Shown one piece after another: positions 25,800-32,000 of a stretch of 32,000 nucleotides of DNA (position 1 is the first letter of the stretch; each line of letters starts with the position of its first letter). The stretch is from Candidatus Altimarinota bacterium. GTDB lineage: Bacteria > Patescibacteriota > Gracilibacteria > UBA1369. The position numbers and the translations under genes are program-made. Where the stretch lies: positions 1 to 32,000 of the forward strand of contig JBAZYK010000002.1 in assembly GCA_041659405.1 (NCBI GenBank), written 5' to 3'. A model generated the notes under the pieces. That model was not told the DNA's origin and made no database searches. It saw only the letters and a list, made by a program, of their open reading frames with translations.

Positions 25800-27236
25800 C
25801 TAAGCTAATAAACCGGACATAATTTCCTGAACAGCCTGAGCATTGGCCTGTCCTTTAGTCTGTTTCATCACCTGTCCCACCAAAAATTGCATAGCCGCCG
25901 CTTTTCCTTTTTTAAAATCTTCAACCGATTTTGGATTGGCATCAATTGTTTTTTTACAAACATCATTCAAGGCTGAAACATCACTCATTTGGGCAAGACC
26001 TTTTTCTTTCACAACCACTTCCGGATCTTTTCCATCGACATATACAGACTCGAAAACATCATTTTTAGCCATATTCATAGAGATTTGGGAATCATTCACC
26101 AGTTGAATAATTTTACCCAGATTTTGAGCGGAAACCTTATTTTCAGCCAAAGTAAGACCATCTTTATTTAAACGGCCAAACAAAATTGATGTAAAAAAGC
26201 TCGCAGCCTTTCTTGGATCGTTACATGCGGCAACAACTTCTTCAAAATATTTGGCAAAACTAACATCAGAACTAATAAGTAGGGCTTCAGCAGCCGACAA
26301 TTTCCAATCTGACAAATAACGATCCCGTTTTTGATTTGGCAATTCCGGCAACTCTGCTTTAAGTTTATCAATAAAATCCGCAGTTACTTCAATCGGTGGT
26401 AAATCCGGTTCGGGGAAATAACGATAATCAGAAGCCCCCTCTTTATCCCTTAAAAAATAGGTTTTTTGCTTATCATCTGTCCAACCAACGGTAATATCGG
26501 AATTTAAAGGATTCCCCTCTTCCCACAGAAATATTTGACGTTCAATTTCATATTCAATGGCAGCCTTAAGGGAATTAAACGAATTTAGATTTTTGATTTC
26601 CGCGCGTGGATTTAATTTTTTATCACCATGTTTTCTGATTGAAACACTGGCATCAAAACGCATCATGCCTTTTTCCATATCAGCTTCAGAAGAACCAACA
26701 AATCGCAAAATAGCCTGAATACTCTTGGCATACGCAACAGCTTCCTGACTTGTACGAATATCCGGTTCACTGACAATTTCCATCAAGGCAATGCCGGAAC
26801 GGTTATAATCACAAAGAGTTCCACCATCCACATGCGTTAATTTGCCGGCATCATCTTCCAAATGAAGTCTGGTAATGCAGATTTTCTTTTTGGTGCCTTC
26901 CACATCAATATCAAGCCAACCATTTTTTGAAACCGGCTGATCAAACTGCGAAATCTGGTACCCCTTTGGTAAATCGGGATAAAAATAATTTTTGCGATCA
27001 AATTTGGAAAAACCGGGAATTTCACAATTAAGTGCCAAGGCGGCCTTCACTCCCTTCAAAAACGCCTCCCGATTAATCACCGGCAATTGCCCCGGAAAAC
27101 CCATGCAAACGGGACAGGTATTAATATTTGGCTCTTGATCAAAAGAATAGCTGCTACATCCACAAAACATCTTTGATTTAGTAGCAATTTGAGCATGAAT
27201 TTCTAAGCCGATAATAACCTCAAAATCTTCGCGCAT
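25800..27236 (-). CDS. gatB: Aspartyl/glutamyl-tRNA(Asn/Gln) amidotransferase subunit B
   Basis: FEVIIGLEIHAQIATKSKMFCGCS, NTCPVCMGFPGQLPVIN, FDRKNYFYPDLPKGYQISQ, RSGIALMEIVSEPDIRT, DYRYFPEPDLPP. Confidence 0.96.
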   Translation of the reverse strand: MREDFEVIIGLEIHAQIATKSKMFCGCSSYSFDQEPNINTCPVCMGFPGQLPVINREAFLKGVKAALALNCEIPGFSKFDRKNYFYPDLPKGYQISQFDQPVSKNGWLDIDVEGTKKKICITRLHLEDDAGKLTHVDGGTLCDYNRSGIALMEIVSEPDIRTSQEAVAYAKSIQAILRFVGSSEADMEKGMMRFDASVSIRKHGDKKLNPRAEIKNLNSFNSLKAAIEYEIERQIFLWEEGNPLNSDITVGWTDDKQKTYFLRDKEGASDYRYFPEPDLPPIEVTADFIDKLKAELPELPNQKRDRYLSDWKLSAAEALLISSDVSFAKYFEEVVAACNDPRKAASFFTSILFGRLNKDGLTLAENKVSAQNLGKIIQLVNDSQISMNMAKNDVFESVYVDGKDPEVVVKEKGLAQMSDVSALNDVCKKTIDANPKSVEDFKKGKAAAMQFLVGQVMKQTKGQANAQAVQEIMSGLLA

Positions 27237-27283
27237 GTTTTTTTATAAAACAGTGCCTTAAATATAAACTAATTAAGAAAAAA

Positions 27284-27871
27284 TCACAATCTTGGCCTTA
27301 TATTTTCATCATAAAACGACTTAACCTGTTTTTTTAGATCTTTAAGATCACCATTATTCTTTATACTGAAGTCAATATGCTCAGGTTTTACCTGAATATT
27401 CCAAATTTTCTCAAAAAGATCTTTTTCGATTGGCCGCAGGCCCTTCACATTTTGATATGCAGTTTTTTTATCACAATCAACCCAAAGCAGCGCCGAAATA
27501 AACTGATGCAAATGTTTCTTTTCAAAGTAAGTCGCTTCCAAAACAATAAAATTATTATCCGCTTTATCGATTAGCTTCTGCACATGGGCCGTTACCAAAG
27601 GATGAATCAAGGTATTAAGAATTTTCAATTTTTTGGGATCATCAAAAACTATCTTCCCCAATTTTTTACGATTAAGATGCCCACTTTTTAAGATGTACTC
27701 ATCACCAAAAAAGCATTGGATTTTTTTTTGACCATCCTGTCCCGGCTGATAAAGTTCATCAACTATTTTGTCCGCATCAATATAATACGCACCAAGATCC
27801 TTGAAAAAGTTAGCTGCAGTGCTTTTGCCTGAGCCAATATTCCCCGCTATACCAAGTACAATTTTTTTCAT
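27284..27871 (-). CDS. coaE: Dephospho-CoA kinase
   Basis: LGIAGNIGSGKSTAANFFKDLGAYYIDADKIVDELY, NRKKLGKIVFDDPKKLKILNTLIHPLV. Confidence 0.9.
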   Translation of the reverse strand: MKKIVLGIAGNIGSGKSTAANFFKDLGAYYIDADKIVDELYQPGQDGQKKIQCFFGDEYILKSGHLNRKKLGKIVFDDPKKLKILNTLIHPLVTAHVQKLIDKADNNFIVLEATYFEKKHLHQFISALLWVDCDKKTAYQNVKGLRPIEKDLFEKIWNIQVKPEHIDFSIKNNGDLKDLKKQVKSFYDENIRPRL

Positions 27872-27873
27872 AA

Positions 27874-28275
27874 CTATAAAGCCTGTAAATCCTTAAAAGC
27901 TTTTTCAAATGAATTCAACGCTTGTTTGCCCTCCGATAAACTCACATGGAAATTCAATTCATGCGCGATTTTATTACGTAATTTGTGGGCAGACCAAACC
28001 GCATCAAGATGACTAAAAAGCTTAGCTGAAACCTTAAGCTTCTCCCCTAAAGTCCCCCTGTAACCCTTCTTTTCCAAAATCATATTCAAAAGTTTATCCG
28101 CCTCCAAAACCGCATGCTTAAGATCCGGCTGCTTTTTTATAATTTGCCATTGCAGATTAAAAAACCGTTTTTCCTGCTTACTAAAAACCCTTTTTCTTTT
28201 CAGGACGAACCAGACAAGAATCAAGCCACAAACAATTAAGACCAAAAGGGCAAAAAAGGCGATACTACTATCCAT
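27874..28275 (-). CDS. Single-TM protein with a C-terminal helical region containing an R-X4-H (RNKIAH) HEPN-like motif
   Basis: N-terminal TM (SIAFFALLVLIVCGLILVWFVL), then ADKLLNMILEKKGYRGTLGEKLK...VWSAHKLRNKIAHELNFHVS. Confidence 0.75.
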   Translation of the reverse strand: MDSSIAFFALLVLIVCGLILVWFVLKRKRVFSKQEKRFFNLQWQIIKKQPDLKHAVLEADKLLNMILEKKGYRGTLGEKLKVSAKLFSHLDAVWSAHKLRNKIAHELNFHVSLSEGKQALNSFEKAFKDLQAL

Positions 28276-28285
28276 AAATTAAAAA

Positions 28286-28894
28286 TTACTGATTCTTTTG
28301 AGTTTGTGTAGCCGTTCCATTTTTCTTAGCATGATGTCTTAACATCACAGTTAAGAGATTCTTAAGAGAATCCGCATCTTTAAGATTCTGATCGGAAACG
28401 AAATGCTCCTGATTGGAAAGAACCAGCCTTTCAACTTTTGCAGGATTTGCCGCATCCAATAAAGTAATGGAAGTACTATTTGCGACCTGACCAAGTTGAA
28501 CATCACCATAGTTGAAAACAGTTCTTACAAAGCCACGAAGAGCATAACTGATACCATCAATATTGTGATACTCCAAACGCGAAGAGGCACGATCAAAAAA
28601 GCCATTCCACTCAACCTTCACCAAACTGATATTGGTAAGCAAAAGAGCATCATGGTACCAATTAAAAATCAAATAAAAAACCTTAATAGACCCTACCGCA
28701 AACCAAAGAACAAAAAATAATGAAAATTCCGGAAATAAATAATACAAGAATAATGGCACCAAAAAGCCAAAAAATGCAACGCGCAACAAGTCAGGCAAAA
28801 CCACAAAAATATGTCTATGACAAACATACAAGATTTCTTCACCCGGATCCAAATGAACATCAAACAAACGCTTAGCTATAATGGTCGGACTCAT
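28286..28894 (-). CDS. Membrane protein with bacterial PH-like domain
   Basis: Two TM segments (VLPDLLRVAFFGFLVPLFLYYLF; FSLFFVLWFAVGSIKVFYLIF), then DALLLTNISLVKVEWNGFFDRASSRLEYHNIDGISYALRGFVRTVFNYGDVQL. Confidence 0.78.
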   Translation of the reverse strand: MSPTIIAKRLFDVHLDPGEEILYVCHRHIFVVLPDLLRVAFFGFLVPLFLYYLFPEFSLFFVLWFAVGSIKVFYLIFNWYHDALLLTNISLVKVEWNGFFDRASSRLEYHNIDGISYALRGFVRTVFNYGDVQLGQVANSTSITLLDAANPAKVERLVLSNQEHFVSDQNLKDADSLKNLLTVMLRHHAKKNGTATQTQKNQ

Positions 28895-29017
28895 GACGGA
28901 TTCATAACTTATAAAATCTTCATTAACAATACTATAATAAAATTATAATGTAAATGTCCACAAGATTGCAGGATGGCCTTTTTAAGAGTAGAGTCGATAT
29001 TGTTAACTTTTCTGATT

Positions 29018-29710
29018 ATGATCAAAAAAATAAAGCAATTATTCAACAAATATCCAGCCCTGGCCTTTATTGGGGACATTTTATTGAATCTGATCATTAT
29101 CATTGGACTCGTTTTTATTATCCGTAATTTTTTAATTTCACCTTTTGAAGTATATGGCCCTTCAATGTGCGACACACTAAATAATATAAACGGAGAATGT
29201 CAACAAGGACATGGTGAATACATAATTGTAAACAAAGCCATTTATGGCAATTTTTTGGGTCTTCAAGTCGGCAAGCCACAACGTGGAGATATAATCGTCT
29301 TTCACCCACCACTTAATAACAAAGAATTTTTTATTAAAAGAGTAATTGGACTCCCTGGCGAAACAATCAAACTGGTCAATGGTTATGTTTACATTATTAA
29401 CAAGGACAATCCTGAAGGTTACAAACTGGAAGAATCATATTTAAGCGCGGAAAATCTGGGAAACACGCATCCTGCCAGTCAGGGAGATACCGTTTTTAAA
29501 GTCCCTGAAAATAAATACTTCGCTTTAGGCGACAATAGACTCCACAGCTCGGATTCCAGAAGCTGCTTTAAGGAATATTCAAATCAGGACTGTGGCAAAC
29601 CCGGGGCAACTCCATTTCTACAACCATCTGAAATTGAAGGAAAAGCATGGTTAGTCCTATGGCCAATCAGCAAGATCGAAAGCCTAAAAAACCCTTCCTA
29701 CGGGATCTAA
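29018..29710 (+). CDS. lepB: Signal peptidase I
   Basis: N-terminal TM, catalytic Ser context FEVYGPSMCDTL, catalytic Lys context FFIKRVIGLPGETI, ALGDNRLHSSDSR. Start 29018 (MIKKIKQ) preferred over 28973. Confidence 0.93.
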   Translation: MIKKIKQLFNKYPALAFIGDILLNLIIIIGLVFIIRNFLISPFEVYGPSMCDTLNNINGECQQGHGEYIIVNKAIYGNFLGLQVGKPQRGDIIVFHPPLNNKEFFIKRVIGLPGETIKLVNGYVYIINKDNPEGYKLEESYLSAENLGNTHPASQGDTVFKVPENKYFALGDNRLHSSDSRSCFKEYSNQDCGKPGATPFLQPSEIEGKAWLVLWPISKIESLKNPSYGI

Positions 29711-29714
29711 CAAC

Positions 29715-29792
29715 AAAACAATCTGAATAAATTTTTAAAATACACAGGGCCCCTACCCCGGATGTATTTAAAAAATTTATTCAGATTGTTTT
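29715..29792. terminator. Long hairpin immediately 3' of lepB: 30-nt arms (29/30 match) and an 18-nt GC-rich apex
   Basis: AAAACAATCTGAATAAATTTTTAAAATACA - CAGGGCCCCTACCCCGGA - TGTATTTAAAAAATTTATTCAGATTGTTTT. Confidence 0.8.
29742..29765 (+). repeat. 24-nt element copy A: ACACAGGGCCCCTACCCCGGATGT
   Basis: Exact reverse complement of 29894-29917. Confidence 0.95.
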
Positions 29793-29864
29793 AACGTTTG
29801 TATCGTAGTTTGTCTTTAGCATCTAACTATTTGGTAGAATACATAGAGCTAAGCTAAACACCCT

Positions 29865-29946
29865 AAAAAAAACTTTGGGGAATGTTTATGAACACATCCG
29901 GGGTAGGGGCCCTGTGTGTGAAGAAATATTTCCCAAAGTTTTTTTT
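29865..29946. terminator. Second long hairpin 3' of the convergent minus-strand gene, T8 tract on either strand
   Basis: AAAAAAAACTTTGGGGAATGTTT ... AAATATTTCCCAAAGTTTTTTTT (20/23 match), apex containing ACACATCCGGGGTAGGGGCCCTGTGTGT. Confidence 0.8.
29894..29917 (-). repeat. 24-nt element copy B (minus-strand reading ACACAGGGCCCCTACCCCGGATGT)
   Basis: Plus strand ACATCCGGGGTAGGGGCCCTGTGT; perfect inverted copy of 29742-29765. Confidence 0.95.
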
Positions 29947-30322
29947 AGCTTTGTTCTTTGGCCATAAAATAGAATTCTACCAGGGTTATTGCCGCTATAA
30001 AGAGCAAACCGGACCACCAGGTCAACACTCCTAAAAGTTGAAAAGCTAAAGATCCCACCGCCAAAAAAGTCAAAAGGACTCCTTGTCTGAAGGCAATATT
30101 AATATGATTGTAGTAAATCTCGTTTTTGTTGAGCCAAACACGAAAATAAAAGCCAACAACCGTAAAAGTACAAATCAACGCTACAAAAAGGCTCAAGAAA
30201 AATAACCCCAACGACACCCCCGTAGAAGCAAAGGGATCAAGTTTATTTAGAACCACAATCCAGGCAATCCAGCTTAAAACACCTGCGGATCCTATAATGG
30301 CCAAATAACGATGATGTGACAT
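29945..30322 (-). CDS. Small polytopic membrane protein (about 4 TM)
   Basis: Four hydrophobic stretches in 125 aa; no recognised family. Confidence 0.75.
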   Translation of the reverse strand: MSHHRYLAIIGSAGVLSWIAWIVVLNKLDPFASTGVSLGLFFLSLFVALICTFTVVGFYFRVWLNKNEIYYNHINIAFRQGVLLTFLAVGSLAFQLLGVLTWWSGLLFIAAITLVEFYFMAKEQS

Positions 30323-30335
30323 TTTAAAAACTTAA

Positions 30336-31316
30336 TTAATATTTCTTTTGTCTTTTAAGTACAAACTGAATAAAGAACAGAAACGCCCCCAAGATCAAGA
30401 AAATAAAGGAAATCTTTCTAATTTCCGTAGTAAGAAAACTAAAAACATATTCCAAATAACGACCAAAATCTTCCGAATTGCCAAATGCCTGAAAAATATT
30501 TGATCCACCATCTTTATAACTGGAAAATATTACCGGGATCAAAGATTGTAAAAGAAAACTGCTCAAGAAGCCAAGAATTCCACTTACAATAAACGCTACA
30601 GATTCAAACCTTAGCATTAACGAAATCGGATAATAAATGATCAACGCAACAAAGAAAACCAAAGCAATCAAAGCAAAAAGTAAGTAAACTTTCAACCGAT
30701 CAATCCACAAAAACATATAATAAAAAGCCTGATTTTTGCTTTTTGCACTGCTTAAATCAATCTGAACCTGCTGCGGCAAAAATGCATAAACGGTCTTTTC
30801 AAACTGCTTCGAAATCGGAGCGGAAATATTTGCGTAATCCAAACCCTTTGGAACGCAGGTAGGAATCCCCTCCGCATTCACCTCAGGCAATTGATCTACC
30901 TTACAAACAGGTAAACTTTGAAAAAGTTTATAAGCCAAATTATGAGTTACCGTTAACAAACTATCCTGAAAAACCTTCAAGGAAATAGCTACGGGAACGT
31001 CAGGTTTCTCTTTCAAACTAGCCATCTCCTGACCAAAATCCCCGGTCAACTTTCGTAAAATATCAATTTTAAAAACATTCTGAACCTCTTTTTTTACATC
31101 AACCAACTTAAAATGTCCCTGCAGTGTTGGATCGGCCTGATAAATATGGATGGAAACAGCATTTACAAAAAAGTCATAAGAGCCATCAACCACAGGCCCG
31201 GTATAAAAACTTGGCGAAAAATAGGTTTTCGACAAAGCATAAACCAAAAAAGTCGGCAAAGAAATAGCTATAAACAGGAAGACAAAAAACGCAGCAATAA
31301 TCCGACGAATAATCAT
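30336..31316 (-). CDS. Uncharacterised membrane protein with a large N-terminal non-cytoplasmic region and C-terminal TM helices
   Basis: N-terminal hydrophobic segment (MIIRRIIAAFFVFLFIAISLPTFLVYAL), then a soluble region and TM segments such as LYLLFALIALVFFVALIIYYPI and FIFLILGAFLFFIQFVL. Start 31316 preferred over 31352. Confidence 0.75.
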   Translation of the reverse strand: MIIRRIIAAFFVFLFIAISLPTFLVYALSKTYFSPSFYTGPVVDGSYDFFVNAVSIHIYQADPTLQGHFKLVDVKKEVQNVFKIDILRKLTGDFGQEMASLKEKPDVPVAISLKVFQDSLLTVTHNLAYKLFQSLPVCKVDQLPEVNAEGIPTCVPKGLDYANISAPISKQFEKTVYAFLPQQVQIDLSSAKSKNQAFYYMFLWIDRLKVYLLFALIALVFFVALIIYYPISLMLRFESVAFIVSGILGFLSSFLLQSLIPVIFSSYKDGGSNIFQAFGNSEDFGRYLEYVFSFLTTEIRKISFIFLILGAFLFFIQFVLKRQKKY

Positions 31317-31387
31317 GGCAAAAAATAATAACTCACACATTATAGAGTACACTTGGAAAAAACAGAAATTTTTTATCTAATTTGAAA

Positions 31388-32000
31388 TTAAACCAGACTT
31401 TTTTTTGTTGATTCCGGAAAAGACAGCTTTACCAATTCAGATTCATTGCCCTGGTTTGCCGGAACAATTTTCCAATGAACTTCTTTTTGAAGTCTTCCCG
31501 GAATGCTAAATCCTGCGGCTTTTTTATGTCCTCCTCCTCCAAACTGACCTGCCAGTGCGGCTAAATCAACATCATCACGCTGCGTTCTAAACGAACCTTT
31601 AACATTACCATGCTCGTCTTCATTCAATAAAACTGTAAATTTAGATCCGGGTACGGAATTCAAGAAATCAACCACACCGGAAATTTCATCGGGACCCGCG
31701 CCACACTCTTTAAAATCCTTCCAGGTGACAACGGAAAGCGTAACACCTTCATCATTAACTCGCGCATTCTCTAAAACTCTTCCCCAAAGTTTTAAAGTTG
31801 AAACCGGATTGGTGCGAAAAAGATTTTTAGAAACCTGATGGATTTTTCCACCTTTTTCCATAAGTTTGCCGGTAATCTCAAAAACCTCAATTGTCGTATT
31901 GGAATGCATTAAACTGCCTGTATCATTATAAATTCCGCATAAAAGCGCAGTAGCAATACTTGGCGTAATGCGTAATCCCACAAATTCAAAAAATTTATAT
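31388..32000 (-). CDS. DHH/DHHA1 family phosphoesterase (NrnA-like), 5' end beyond the window
   Basis: GLRITPSIATALLCGIYNDTGSLMHSNTT, VKGSFRTQRDDVDLAALAGQFGGGGHKKAAGF. The reading frame stays open to 32000 (YKFFEFVGLRITPS), so GTG 31981 is probably internal. Confidence 0.88.
   Translation of the reverse strand, partial: YKFFEFVGLRITPSIATALLCGIYNDTGSLMHSNTTIEVFEITGKLMEKGGKIHQVSKNLFRTNPVSTLKLWGRVLENARVNDEGVTLSVVTWKDFKECGAGPDEISGVVDFLNSVPGSKFTVLLNEDEHGNVKGSFRTQRDDVDLAALAGQFGGGGHKKAAGFSIPGRLQKEVHWKIVPANQGNESELVKLSFPESTKKSLV

Noticed and set aside
29894-29917. The GC-rich inverted pair could be an integron attC site or the terminal repeats of a MITE/IS.
   Set aside because: No attC-type R/L core boxes, integrase or transposase are nearby, no target-site duplication was found by eye, and the shared element lies at the hairpin apices rather than at the outer ends. 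Kept as an unexplained paired element.
1-32000. CRISPR array, toxin-antitoxin or restriction-modification/defence island.
   Set aside because: No regularly spaced direct repeats, cas-like, methylase or nuclease genes were recognised. The only loosely related signal is the HEPN-like motif at 27874-28275.

Overview
This 32 kb window looks like a compact, gene-dense bacterial chromosome with the standard code. UGA acts as a normal stop, for example in the ATGA junction at 19756-19759. Gene content and style suggest a Patescibacteria/CPR-like, possibly Peregrinibacteria-like, genome; that placement is inference. Housekeeping genes are tRNA-Leu(CAA), obgE, pth, rplU, an RluD-family pseudouridine synthase, tyrS, recG, gatB, coaE, lepB and a DHH/DHHA1 phosphoesterase truncated at the right edge. 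The more interesting parts are: (1) an Elp3-like radical-SAM/GNAT gene divergent from a methyltransferase that resembles Trm9/ALKBH8, a possible bacterial wobble-uridine modification module; (2) a 234-bp convergent intergenic region (29711-29944) with two long AU-rich hairpins, whose GC-rich apices carry the same 24-nt sequence in inverted orientation, so both converging mRNAs would end in the same apical sequence; (3) a divergent pair of large uncharacterised proteins (524 aa and 1303 aa); (4) a FemX / DegT-like aminotransferase / cytoplasmic transglutaminase overlapping gene set; (5) an orphan PocR-like + PAS sensor whose 3' end overlaps recG; (6) a short TM-anchored protein with a HEPN-like RNKIAH motif; and (7) perfect or near-perfect -10 boxes placed so that transcripts may be leaderless. 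No CRISPR array, rRNA, complete mobile element or recognisable defence island was seen.
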